Shown here: positions 18,921 through 28,617 of the stretch, one piece after another
Numbering within the stretch: position 1 is the stretch's first letter
How the letters are laid out: the number at the start of each line of letters is the position of its first letter
Source: Candidatus Heimdallarchaeum aukensis
GTDB taxonomy: Archaea; Asgardarchaeota; Heimdallarchaeia; Heimdallarchaeales; Heimdallarchaeaceae
Length of the DNA stretch: 64,000 nt
NCBI GenBank assembly: GCA_021513695.1
Contig: CP084166.1
Coordinates: 1,984,001-2,048,000 of the forward strand
Direction of reading: 5' to 3'
Notes under the pieces: generated by a model
Database searches by the model: none
Told to the model about the DNA's origin: nothing
What the model saw: only the letters and a program-made list of their open reading frames with translations
Made by a program: the position numbers and the translations under genes

Positions 18921-21900
18921 ACTATGCCTACGCCATGCTGTGGATGACTTGGCTGGGGAACCGATGAAGGTCGTGGTAAGCCGCGAAAGGCCTCGGGGAG
19001 ACGCAAACAGTCTACGATCCGAGGGTCACCGAATGGGGATCCCGACACAGCCTAATAAGTTGTGTCAACCAGTAATGGTGGGGAACGTGGGGAACCGAAA
19101 CATCCAAGTACCCACAGGAAAAGAAAACAATTGTGATTCCGTGAGTAACGGCGAGTGAAAGCGGAACAGGTCAAACCGAATTCCCTTTTCGAAAGATTAG
19201 GGTAGATGTGGTGTTTGTGACTGCAATATGGACCGTCAGCGTGAAGTCGAAGACAATGTGGAACATTGCGCCATAGAGGGTAAAAGCCCCGTAGACGTAA
19301 GCGCTCGGCCTAGCAGGATCAAGACTAGCGTGGCTTGGATTTGTCGCGCAAATATGGGAAAACTATGTCCCAAACCTAAATATTCCCCCAGACCGATAGC
19401 GCACTAGTAGCGTGAGCAAAAGTTGAAAAGTATCCAAAATATGGGAGTGAAAAGACCCTGAAACAGCATGGTAACAGACGTGGATGGCTCGAAAGCGTAG
19501 ATTCTCAGCGAAGGAACTCACCGTGAGGTGTTAGTACGAGCTGAGAGGAGCGGGGTCATCCGTTCCGTCTAGAAACACGGGCCGAGGAGTTCAGATTCGT
19601 GGCGAGCCTAAACGTATGTGGTGGCGTAGCGAAAGCGACCTGCACGCAGCACTTATGTGCCAGGTGCGACGTACGATAAGTGCGTGAAGTCACGGGTCTG
19701 AGACACGAAAGGAGTCGATCTACCCCTGGTTAAGGTGAAGCGCTTCGAAAGGAGCGTGGAGGCCTGAAGGGTTTCTAATATGCAATTTGTTCCTCTGAAC
19801 TGGGGGTAGTGGCAAAAGACCAATCTAGACTCCTGATAGCTTGTTCCCGCCGAAGTATAACCACAGTATAGCGTCACCGGAGGTTGCATGTGAGGTAGAG
19901 CTACGGACGGGTTGTCCCGGGGAGTGAAATCCTCGCCAATCCTTCCAACTCCGAACTTGCATGCGCCGTAGATGGTGGCAGACGGGCGTGTATCCGCAAG
20001 GGATATGGCCGCGAGGGGTTCAACCCAGAGGTTGGTTAAGGGCCCTAAATCCTGGTTAAATGTTAAACTGAATGACGTCCAACGGCTTAGACAATGAGGC
20101 GGTAAGCTTAGAAGCAGCTATCCGTTAAAAAAAGCGTAACAGCTTACTCATCGAGCTGTTGGGCTCAGAAAATGGACGGGGCTAAACCAGGTCCCGATAC
20201 CAATCCGAACTTCAAAAGAGTTTTGGGTAGGCGGGCGATCAGGTTGGGCTGAAGCTGGGGGGTGACTCCCAGTGGACCGGCTTGATTTGCAGATCTCGGC
20301 GGTAGTAGGAGCATAGTGAGGTGAGAATCCTCATCGCCGAAAGCCCAAGGGTTCCTTGGCACTGTTCGTCAGCCAAGGGTTAGTCGGTCCTAAGGGTGAT
20401 CTTAACACGAATCACTCGAAAGGGAAACAGGTTCATATTCCTGTACCGCGCATATAGGTGTGGTGACACAAGCTTTGAGCAGACACTGGTGGGTAGGTGG
20501 CCTAGGAGCGTATCCTAGTTAAATCCCGAATTCTGGGGAGAACCGTTATGGTGAGAACCAGAAGAATGGATGAATAGGCTGGCCATCGGTTGCTGGCTGC
20601 CATCAATCCCAACAGTCCATGAAAATGCGAGAAGAACGATTATGCGCGACCGTACCCAGAACCGTGACAGGTGTGGCTAGCTGAGAAGGCTAAGGCGTGT
20701 TAGGAGAAATCAGGTGAAGGAAATCGGCAAATTAGCCCCGTATCTTGGGTATAAGGGGTGCCTGGAAAGGTGTATGCCTTCCCAGGTCGCAGTGACAAGG
20801 GGCACCCGACTGTTTAATAAAAACATAGCAAACTGCAAGGGTGAAAACCTGTGTACAGTTTGTGAATCCTGGCCGGTGCTGGTGATTGAAACCTGGGTAC
20901 AACCAGGCTAAGACCCAGTAAACGCCGGAGCTAACTATGAGCTTCTTAAGGTAGGCAAATGCCTTGTCTGCTAATTACAGACGTCCATGAAGGGACCAAC
21001 GAGGTGCCCACTGTCTCCACCTGAATCCTACTGAACCCACAGTCCAGCGAACAGTCTGGAATGCACCATCGGGAAGAGAAGACCCTGTAGAGCTTTACTG
21101 CTGTCAGAGGCTGTTGTACTGGTGCTCATACATAGAATAGTCAGGAGGCGTCGATCCTACATTCTCCGGGATGTAGGGGAGCCGACAGTGAAATACTGAC
21201 TTTGAGCATTGGTACGACTCACCTCTTGCGAGGGGGACACCCTCTGCCTGGCAGTTTCACTGGGGCGGTAGCCTCTTGAAAAGATATCAAGAGGGCCCAA
21301 AGCCAAGCTCAACCGGGACAGAAATCCGGTGTAGAGTGCAAGGGCAAAAGCTTGGTTGACTGTGAACTGATAGAGAAGGTTCGCAGATGTTAACGCAGGG
21401 CCTAGCGATCCTTCGCATTGCCCATAGTAGGCGGCGGAGGTGGCGGAAAAGTTACCTCAGGGGTAACTACACTTTGATGTTACACTATCAAAGTGGCTAG
21501 ACAAAAAGGAACTTTTCCTGCATTGCACTTTATCTTTTCAAGGGCACGAAAAAATGAAACAAAAAAATAAAGCTAAGGTGGGTCAAATTTTACCCGAATG
21601 AATAATATACCGCAAAAAAAAGTTATCGAGTGAGGATTACTTACAAGTTTTCGCCTAATGGTCAAAAGGAAAACTTGAGCGGATTAGAACGGATCCAACA
21701 TCTGCCTTAACCATCAAGAAAAAAGACCCTTGGAAAAGATGAAGAGCCATTTTGAAAGTGTGAGGTCAAGAGGTTATTAGATCGGTAACTTGCCTTAAGC
21801 CGAGGCTGACAACTAATCTAATAACCGAAGTCGAAAAGACTGGTGTAGCCCTGAACAGAGTTGTCGTGGGTAAGAGTTCACATCGACCTCACGGCTTGCT

Positions 21901-22340
21901 ACCTCGATGTCGGCTCTTCCTAGCTTGGAGGTGATTCAGCTTCCAAGAGTGGGGTTGTTCGCCCATTAAAAGGGAACGTGAGCTGGGTTTAGACCGTTGT
22001 GAGACAGGTTGGATTCTATCTGATGGTGCTGGCGGGAGATTGAGAGTAAAACCTCCACAGTACGAGAGGAACAGGCGGTTGGGGCCTCTGGTGTATCGGT
22101 TGTCCTCCCGGGCATTGCCGAGTAGCTAAGCCCTTGAAGATAAGAGCGGAAAGCATCTATGCTCGAAGCTTCTCTCGAAACGAGTCTCCCATTCTGTACC
22201 TTTTGGGGGCTGGTGACAGCAACCTTTGGTATAGACGAGAGCACGGAAAGAAGATCCGGTTGATAGAGCAGGGGTGTGCGCGTCGAGCTTCGGCGAGATG
22301 TTTAGCCCACTGCTACTAATCGCTCAAGCGTAGTTCGACC
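18921..22340 (+). rRNA. rrl: 23S rRNA (stand-alone; ends approximate)
   Basis: Contains universal LSU blocks: GGATGACTTGGC near the 5-prime end, GGAAGAGAAGACCCTGTAGAGCTTTACT, GTTCACATCGAC...CCTCGATGTCGGCTC, and GTGAGCTGGGTTTAGACCGTTGTGAGACAGGT. GC content is far higher than the flanks. No 16S or 5S in the window. Confidence 0.9.
21468..21855 (+). other. intervening sequence (intron-like insertion, ~388 nt) inside 23S rRNA at the GGGAUAAC/AGGCUGAU (E. coli ~2449) site
   Basis: The conserved block is split: ...cctcaggggtaac | AT-rich ~388 nt | (c)agagttgtcgtgggtaagagttcacatcgac. The insert is AT-rich, unlike the rRNA, and has no ORF of 60 aa or more. Exon-1 tcaggg can pair with the insert's 3-prime end ccctga; the boundary is ambiguous by 1-3 nt. 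Confidence 0.6.
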
Positions 22341-22365
22341 AAATAGGTATCAGTTCGTCAGATAC

Positions 22366-22388
22366 TTGGAGAGTTCTTGTCAGCTGAC
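22366..22388 (+). other. 3-prime half of pre-23S rRNA processing stem
   Basis: ttggagagttcttgtcagctgac is the perfect complement of 18867..18889. A T-rich tract at 22389..22400 follows. Confidence 0.8.
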
Positions 22389-22591
22389 TTTTTTTTTGTC
22401 TTTTTTTCTTATTTTCCTTTTTCCTTGAACTTTTACTTCATTTGTATCTTTTTTTTGAAAATTTTCTTCTTTCTGTGCGAGATTTCTTTATTCTTTTTTC
22501 CTTTCTCTTCTCTTTTTTTGTAATACCTTGATATTTTGACAATGATATTTGTATTTCTATGTTATTTTTTATTAATACTCCTTGAGCAACT

Positions 22592-23773
22592 ATGAGTGAT
22601 AATAGTAATCTTAATCCTATTCACCTTAACAATGATGTTTCTCAGGGCGATTCTTCTTCTCTTAGTTGTCCTGTAAGTCCTGATGTCGGTACTTCTGATG
22701 AAGAATTATTGTCTCTTCTTCAGACTAGTTCTTCTCGTACTTCTAAATATGATACTAATAACGCTAATGCTGAGATTATTGAATATGTTCGAGATGATCG
22801 TATTTTAGCTATTGGTGTTGGTGGAGCTGGTAGTAACGCCATTAATAATATCATTGAGCGTGGTGGTATTGGTGGGGCTACTACAATTGCTATTAATACT
22901 GATGCTCGTCATCTTTTAAATACAAAGGCTGAGAAAAAGCTCCTTATTGGCAAGGAATTAACTCGCGGTACTGGTGCAGGTAATGATCCTAATATTGGTC
23001 ATGCTGCTGCGGTTGAGAACGAGGAAGAGATACGTGAACTTGTTCGTGGAACTGATTTAGTTTTTATTGCTTGTGGACTTGGAAAAGGTACAGGTACTGG
23101 TGCTGCTCCCTATATTGCGAAGATAGCTCAAGAAGAAGGTTGTTTGGTTATTAGTGTTTGTACTCTTCCTTTTGCTTCTGAAGGAGAAAGTAAGATGCGT
23201 ACTGCTTTACGTGGTTTACAAGAGTTGAACCGCCACTCTAATACTATTATTATTGTTCCTAATGAGAAGTTAGTATTGGAAGCTGCTGATTTTTCAGTAT
23301 TAGACGCTTTTGAGATGGCTGATGAAGTTTTGATTAATGCTGTTGTTGGTTTAACCGATGTTATCGTTGAAACTGCTAAGATTAATGTTGATCTTGCTGA
23401 CACTAAGAAAATTTTGCGTAATAGTGGCCCTGCTGTTATTAGTATCGGTAAAGGAAAAGGAGAGAATCGTGCTCTTGACGCAGTTAACGCAGTATTAACC
23501 AATAGTATGTTAGAGGCTGATATTTCTAAGTCTACTGGTGCTCTTGTTAATATAAAAGCTAATAAGAAGATTACCACAATGGAGCTTGAAGCTATTACCA
23601 ATGAAATAACTTCTCGTATCGCCCCTGATGCTTTATTCATTTGGGGTCTGAGTATTGATGATACTATGGCTGATGATGAATTGTTTGTTACTGTTGTCAT
23701 CGCTGAAGTTGATTCTCCTTATCTTGAACTTGATGAAGACGAAACCACTATTGAGGACTTATGGTATAACTAG
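22592..23773 (+). CDS. FtsZ/tubulin-family GTPase
   Basis: GVGGAGSNAINNI (T1 loop) and GLGKGTGTGAAP, a divergent form of the tubulin signature GGGTGSG. It carries a ~65-aa S/T-rich N-terminal extension. Confidence 0.75.
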   Translation: MSDNSNLNPIHLNNDVSQGDSSSLSCPVSPDVGTSDEELLSLLQTSSSRTSKYDTNNANAEIIEYVRDDRILAIGVGGAGSNAINNIIERGGIGGATTIAINTDARHLLNTKAEKKLLIGKELTRGTGAGNDPNIGHAAAVENEEEIRELVRGTDLVFIACGLGKGTGTGAAPYIAKIAQEEGCLVISVCTLPFASEGESKMRTALRGLQELNRHSNTIIIVPNEKLVLEAADFSVLDAFEMADEVLINAVVGLTDVIVETAKINVDLADTKKILRNSGPAVISIGKGKGENRALDAVNAVLTNSMLEADISKSTGALVNIKANKKITTMELEAITNEITSRIAPDALFIWGLSIDDTMADDELFVTVVIAEVDSPYLELDEDETTIEDLWYN

Positions 23774-23953
23774 CTACATCATTTACTTTTTTTGTTTTTT
23801 CAATTTTAGTTAGTTATTTTGTTTACTTGACTTTGTTTGTTTTGAAGGTGGAATATTAAATTTAACTTGTTGTCCAAGAGCACTTTTTTTAAAGTCGATA
23901 ATCTAAGAAATTTGTGGTCTTTTTATCTTTCTAATTATTATATTAATTGAAAA

Positions 23954-24787
23954 ATGAAGAAATTTGACATTGTAGCCACTGATAACTTTATATTACTTCA
24001 ATCAGGAAAAACATTTGTTGGTATTGTTGGTTATGCAATTATCTGTATAGATTGTTCCTTTGAAGAACAAAATAAAGCAGTAAAAGATCTTGTCAAACTT
24101 ATTATTGAGCTAAATCTTTCCTTTACTTTCCATTTTGAAGAAAAAGCAGTAAAGATCTTTTTCTTAATTAGTAGTAGTAAAACGACAGATATCTTAAACT
24201 CTGTTGTTAAATTAGAATCAAGGATAAGTCTTCTGTCAAACACTAGTCAATTATTCCTCTCTCCTCTTAATCATAAGGAATTATCTCATAAGATTTCAAG
24301 GTTCTATTTTCGCTCTGTAAATAAGACCATTTGTGAAAAAACTTTTCACTTAGGCGATTCCTTATTTACTTTTTTCACATTTATTCCCATTTCTAACAAA
24401 AATGAGACGATAACTCCTATCATACAACGTTTAGTTAAACAATATAAGTGTAAAGTTGTTCTCAGTAATAGATTAGAAAAAGTAAAAAATTCAGATTGTA
24501 ACTATCTTCAGGGCATCATTATCTCAAAGGAGTTAGGAAACGAAAAGGAAAAAGATATTTTCTTTAATCAGTTTAATGAACTTCTGGACATTCACGATCC
24601 TGATTGTACTATATTGGTTCGATTTTTTTCAGCAAAAGAAATTGAACAAAATAAAATTTTCTTTGCTTTGGGTTATCCCACAATCGAAAGTCATTTTGAC
24701 AACGATATGCTTTGTAAAATGGTTCAGAACAGTTTATCTAACACTATTAAAAAGAGGGTTGGTTTTTCTACTCTACCAAATAGTTAA
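23954..24787 (+). CDS. hypothetical protein
   Basis: 277-aa ORF ending immediately before the Rpp21 start. No motif recognised. Confidence 0.3.
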   Translation: MKKFDIVATDNFILLQSGKTFVGIVGYAIICIDCSFEEQNKAVKDLVKLIIELNLSFTFHFEEKAVKIFFLISSSKTTDILNSVVKLESRISLLSNTSQLFLSPLNHKELSHKISRFYFRSVNKTICEKTFHLGDSLFTFFTFIPISNKNETITPIIQRLVKQYKCKVVLSNRLEKVKNSDCNYLQGIIISKELGNEKEKDIFFNQFNELLDIHDPDCTILVRFFSAKEIEQNKIFFALGYPTIESHFDNDMLCKMVQNSLSNTIKKRVGFSTLPNS

Positions 24788-24812
24788 AAAAATTGTTAAG
24801 ATTTTGTTTTTA

Positions 24813-25184
24813 ATGAGTAACTGGGAAAAAAAGTATCCTTACTTTCGAAAAAGACCTAAACCAAAACAAATGAGAAAAAAAATATTACAAGAGGTTGCTA
24901 TAGAGCAAATTAACAATTTACTCACTAAAGCTGACAATTTGATTAAAACTGATTTTAAGCTCGCACAAAGGTATGTTGAACAAGCTAGAAAGATTCAAAT
25001 GCGAACCCGTGTTAGTCTTCCCAGTTATTGGAAAAAAAGAATTTGCCGCCATTGTAAAATACTCTTAAAACCAGGAGTAAACTGTAAAGTTCGTTTGTCA
25101 ACCACTAATCGAGTTGTATCTATTAAGTGTAATATTTGTGGTCAATACAACAGGTTCCCATATTATAAACACAAAAAAAGGTAA
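24813..25184 (+). CDS. rnp4: RNase P protein subunit Rpp21/Rnp4
   Basis: C-terminal Zn ribbon RICRHC...CNICG plus a preceding basic helical region typical of Rpr2/Rpp21. I trimmed the start to the internal ATG at 24813; the longer track ORF overlaps the upstream gene in another frame. Confidence 0.7.
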   Translation: MSNWEKKYPYFRKRPKPKQMRKKILQEVAIEQINNLLTKADNLIKTDFKLAQRYVEQARKIQMRTRVSLPSYWKKRICRHCKILLKPGVNCKVRLSTTNRVVSIKCNICGQYNRFPYYKHKKR

Positions 25185-25191
25185 ATGTACA

Positions 25192-25437
25192 ATGAAGGAA
25201 TTACTATCTCGTGTTAAACAAGAACCAGCAAAACTTAGAATAGGAAAAAAAGGTGTTACAGAAGCTATTATTGACGAAGTTGAGAATCTTTTAAAAAGAG
25301 ATTCAGCAGTTAAAATCAAGTGTTTAAAGATTATTCCAAATGAATCTATTGAACCTATTGCAAAAAATATTGCTAAATTAACTCATAGTAAATTGGTCGA
25401 AATTAGAGGGAAAACATTCATTCTCTTGAAAATTTAA
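25192..25437 (+). CDS. CRM-domain (YhbY-like) RNA-binding protein
   Basis: RIGKKGVTEAIIDEVENLLKRDSAVKIKCLK matches the GxxG-containing CRM/YhbY fold. Start trimmed to the internal ATG. Confidence 0.7.
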   Translation: MKELLSRVKQEPAKLRIGKKGVTEAIIDEVENLLKRDSAVKIKCLKIIPNESIEPIAKNIAKLTHSKLVEIRGKTFILLKI

Positions 25438-25447
25438 ACTTATTTTT

Positions 25448-26125
25448 TTAAAGAGAACTTAGAAGCAATTCAAAAATTCTCATGCTTTCAGGACCTGTTG
25501 TATCTTCTCCTACAAAAGCTCCAGTAGAATTTGCTATTATTCCTATTTTTGGATAAGGAACTCCTCTATTTACTGTTGTCAAGTCTACTTTAACTTTCAA
25601 CAGAGAAGCAAGTTCTCTTTTTTCTTCTTCTGTTGTTAGTGGGTGAACTAAACATCCTCTATTTGTTGCTAATCCTGTTGTTCCCACTAAGGGAGAAAAT
25701 ATGATATTACCTACTATAGTTTCAATTCCAAGAGCGTCTTCAATTTGTTTCTGAGCTTTTTTCTCGAATATTTCACTTATTACTGCCCCTTTATCGTTTA
25801 AAAGTATGAGATTTCCTAGAGCGGTATATTTACTTTTGATTTCTACAATCTCAACATCAAGTTCCTCTAGTTGAGAAAAGTTATTGTATTCTGTTTCTGT
25901 CATATTTGGTGGAATTAGAAGCGTTTTCGAGTTACCAGCCAACATTGTTCCAAGTAAAACAGTGTTAGCAACAGAATTTTGAATTATTTTACACTCTAGT
26001 GTTTCTTCAATTAGTTCTTTTGTTGTTTCTTTGATCCCAAAAGGAACTATAGCATACTTATCTGTTGCAAATCCGAATATTCCTATCCCTGAATTGCCTA
26101 AAATAGTTCCTTTTGAAATTTCCAA
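25448..26125 (-). CDS. eif6: translation initiation factor 6 (aIF6)
   Basis: Five repeated pentein-fold blocks of the form G..G....G.lv. 225 aa. The first codon is TTG. Confidence 0.85.
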   Translation of the reverse strand: MEISKGTILGNSGIGIFGFATDKYAIVPFGIKETTKELIEETLECKIIQNSVANTVLLGTMLAGNSKTLLIPPNMTETEYNNFSQLEELDVEIVEIKSKYTALGNLILLNDKGAVISEIFEKKAQKQIEDALGIETIVGNIIFSPLVGTTGLATNRGCLVHPLTTEEEKRELASLLKVKVDLTTVNRGVPYPKIGIIANSTGAFVGEDTTGPESMRIFELLLSSL

Positions 26126-26162
26126 TTTAATCCCCTTGTTTTTTAAAAAAAAGATAAAAGTT

Positions 26163-26573
26163 TTAGGAAGAGGGTTCTTCTTCTGAAGTTTCTTCTTCTG
26201 GATTATCTTCTTCCTCTTCTTCTTCCTCCTCTTCCTCTAATTCTGTTGGGACTGTAATTCCTTCTAATTCTGGGCGAGCTTCAACTTCTACTTTTTCTGT
26301 TACTAGTTTTACTGTTGCAACTTTAAGTTCTTCTTCTATTTCAACTAAAGTGCGAACTTTAACTCTTCTAGGTGGTTTTTCGATTCCTCTTTCCCAGATA
26401 TATTCATTTAATTTATTATCAATCACAACAATATCTGCTTTTGTATGTTTAAGTATATACTCTTTTAACAATCTTATAGCTCTTGGAGCTCTTTTATATC
26501 TTGGAGTTTTATTTAATTTTGGGAAGAAAGGAACAGTATAAATTATTTCAAGAGGTTCTTGTGACATTTTCAT
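26163..26573 (-). CDS. rpl31e: 50S ribosomal protein L31e
   Basis: PRYKRAPRAIRLLKEYILKHTK...IWERGIEKPPRRVKVR matches the L31e core. An unusual poly-E acidic C-terminal tail is present. Confidence 0.85.
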   Translation of the reverse strand: MKMSQEPLEIIYTVPFFPKLNKTPRYKRAPRAIRLLKEYILKHTKADIVVIDNKLNEYIWERGIEKPPRRVKVRTLVEIEEELKVATVKLVTEKVEVEARPELEGITVPTELEEEEEEEEEEDNPEEETSEEEPSS

Positions 26574-26580
26574 TCAACTC

Positions 26581-26736
26581 CTATTTTTTAACCCTTACTT
26601 GTCTCCAGCTTCTTCTTTTTGGGTGAGTTCTTACTCTACGATTAGTTCGTACAACAATCCAGCTCGGAACTGAACTGTTTGTCTTCATACTTTTTGCATA
26701 TCGCAGTTTTCTGGATAATACTTTATTTCTCGCCAT
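26581..26736 (-). CDS. rpl39e: 50S ribosomal protein L39e
   Basis: Read manually as MARNKVLSRKLRYAKSMKTNSSVPSWIVVRTNRRVRTHPKRRSWRQVRVKK, 51 aa. Its start codon overlaps the stop of the upstream gene by 1 nt. Too short for the ORF track. Confidence 0.75.
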   Translation of the reverse strand: MARNKVLSRKLRYAKSMKTNSSVPSWIVVRTNRRVRTHPKRRSWRQVRVKK

Positions 26737-27086
26737 TATATTCGCCTTATATCAATTTTTGTTTCTCTTTTTTGTCCTTGTAGTTTTTTTAAGAGCTCTT
26801 TAAGTTGAGCATCATTGATTTCGCTCCTGAGAGCACCTTGTTGGGCAAGTTGAATCAGTTGTAGTTCAACAGATTCAGCTAATTGTGGTCTTACTAATTT
26901 TACATTTGCTAACCTTTGTCTAGCATCTTCAGTGAGAATTTGACGTAGGATAGCTTGTTTTTGAGCTTCAATATTTGCTTCTTGTTCCTTTTGCATCTGT
27001 CGTACTGCTTCATTTTGTTGTAATTGAGCTAGTTTTCGACGTCGAATTTCTTCTAATTCTTCATCATAACCCAACTTTCTCACCAA
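26736..27086 (-). CDS. PDCD5/TFAR19-like dsDNA-binding protein
   Basis: EELEEIRRRKLAQLQQ...LANVKLVRPQLAES...QLAQQG is characteristic of this family. It sits in the usual S19e/L39e/L31e position. Confidence 0.7.
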   Translation of the reverse strand: MVRKLGYDEELEEIRRRKLAQLQQNEAVRQMQKEQEANIEAQKQAILRQILTEDARQRLANVKLVRPQLAESVELQLIQLAQQGALRSEINDAQLKELLKKLQGQKRETKIDIRRI

Positions 27087-27111
27087 CTTACTAGGACAAA
27101 CTTTCTATTGC

Positions 27112-27576
27112 TTAATATCTCTCTAAAGCAGGAATTTCTCGCTTTATTTCAGCCGAAATTCGATCAACAAAGGATTGCCCTTCTGGGCTAATTACTCGTC
27201 CATAGATAGCCTTTCCTTTTTTAAGATGATCAGTTTTCTTTTGAATATAATTTGCTTTTTCTAATTGCTGAATAATCTTTCTGATAATAGAGCCACTTCC
27301 TTTTGCGAAATGTTCTCTTCTTACACCTCTACGATGTTTCCCACCATAAATTACACGGAGTCTTGAAACACCTATTGGTCCTTTTAAGTATATCTTTCTG
27401 AGGATAGAAGCTGCTCTAATGTACCACCAATCTTTTTGAACAGGAATATTTTCTTTATGAACACCTGTCTTAGAATATAGTGCCCATTCTGGTGGTTGAA
27501 TATTGGGGTTATTCTTTAATTCTTCAGCAATTCGTAATATCAATTTATCTGCAGGAACATCATACGCGCTTGGCAT
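27112..27576 (-). CDS. rps19e: 30S ribosomal protein S19e
   Basis: PPEWALYSKTGVHKE...WWYIRAASILRKIYL...GGKHRRGVRR matches the S19e core. Confidence 0.9.
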   Translation of the reverse strand: MPSAYDVPADKLILRIAEELKNNPNIQPPEWALYSKTGVHKENIPVQKDWWYIRAASILRKIYLKGPIGVSRLRVIYGGKHRRGVRREHFAKGSGSIIRKIIQQLEKANYIQKKTDHLKKGKAIYGRVISPEGQSFVDRISAEIKREIPALERY

Positions 27577-27802
27577 TTATTATTTCACTCATTACATTTT
27601 TTTTGCGAGAAAGCTTAACTTTGCTTTTTCCGATTTTTCTGTTTGTAAGTTGTTTTAAAAATATTGCTTTGATAGCTAGAATTATTTCGTTTTTTGGAAA
27701 AAAATTTAGTCTAAATATTAAATTATAGTAGATATTTTATGTTCTTGTTTCTATAATTCTATAAACTAATTCTGTTGTGATTTTTATTTTTATTTCAAAG
27801 GA

Positions 27803-28567
27803 TTATTCGGTTTCAAATTTTTTTACAATATAGTTTCCAATAATCTCAAAAGCTTTATCGATATTTACGCCTGTTTTTGCTGATGTTTGTAGGAAAAAGT
27901 TTTCAACTCCCTTTTCTTTTGTTTTTTTATTCAAATCATCTACAAACTTAGCTATTTCATCTTTTCTAACTTCTTGATTAGGAAGGTCACTCTTATTTCC
28001 TAAAATAATAACTGGTATTACTCCCCTACCATTATTTTGGTAAAGTTCTTCTAACCATGTAGAAAGGTTTGTAAAAGTCTCTCTTCTTGTTAAATCAAAA
28101 ATAGCTAAAGCACCAAAACATCCACGATAAAAACGACTTCTTACTCTTTTAAAGAACTCTTGGCCTGCAATGTCCCAAATTTGAAATTTGATACTATCTC
28201 CATCTATTGTTGTTTCTTTTACAGCAAAATCTGCACCTAGGGTGGCAAGATGTTCTTTTACAAATCCTTCTCCCAGATATTTTCTCCTTATCGAAGTTTT
28301 ACCCACTGCCCCATCGCCAATTAAAACAAGTTTGATCATGAAGGATTTTTTCTCCTTATCTGGCTTTTTTTCCACCATGTTCTTACGTTTATTTACTTCT
28401 TTTGTGGTCTTTGGCATATTCTCTTGAAATAGAGTTATGCCCTTTTTTGTTTCAGATTCCTTTTGTTTTTTTTCCATCTCTGATACAACCTTATTTTTAT
28501 TGAATATAAATATTACCAGTTTTTGCAATTTTTTAGCAAGTGGACAGTTGGAACTAATGTTCTTCAT
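27803..28567 (-). CDS. Ras/Rab-like small GTPase with K/E-rich N-terminal extension
   Basis: Motifs G1 GDGAVGKTS, G3 WDIAGQE, G4 GNKSDL and G5 TSAK. A ~75-aa lysine-rich N-terminal extension precedes the GTPase core. Confidence 0.8.
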   Translation of the reverse strand: MKNISSNCPLAKKLQKLVIFIFNKNKVVSEMEKKQKESETKKGITLFQENMPKTTKEVNKRKNMVEKKPDKEKKSFMIKLVLIGDGAVGKTSIRRKYLGEGFVKEHLATLGADFAVKETTIDGDSIKFQIWDIAGQEFFKRVRSRFYRGCFGALAIFDLTRRETFTNLSTWLEELYQNNGRGVIPVIILGNKSDLPNQEVRKDEIAKFVDDLNKKTKEKGVENFFLQTSAKTGVNIDKAFEIIGNYIVKKFETE

Positions 28568-28617
28568 ATCTTTTGAAAAAAATATGAGAAAGCGAATATT
28601 TATCTTAAACTAGTAAG

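Noticed and set aside
21468-21855. Interpreting the 23S insert as an Asgard-type supersized expansion segment
   Set aside because: Its position is in the conserved GGGAUAAC/AGGCUGAU block next to the PTC, not at ES9 or ES39. The 3-prime domain (H98 region) looks of ordinary length, so an intron is more plausible. RNA-seq would settle it.
18940-22319. Track ORFs inside the 23S rRNA (18940..19158+, 19653..19889-, 20165..20362-, 20714..20911+, 21966..22244-, 22134..22319+)
   Set aside because: They lie entirely within conserved rRNA sequence and are chance ORFs in GC-rich structural RNA.
23128-23700. 190-aa antisense ORF within the FtsZ-like gene
   Set aside because: Opposite strand of a gene with clear tubulin/FtsZ motifs.
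24576-24812. 5-prime extension of the Rpp21 ORF, and 5-prime extension of the YhbY ORF (25114..25191)
   Set aside because: The extensions overlap the upstream genes and are hydrophobic or low-complexity. Internal ATGs give proteins of canonical size.
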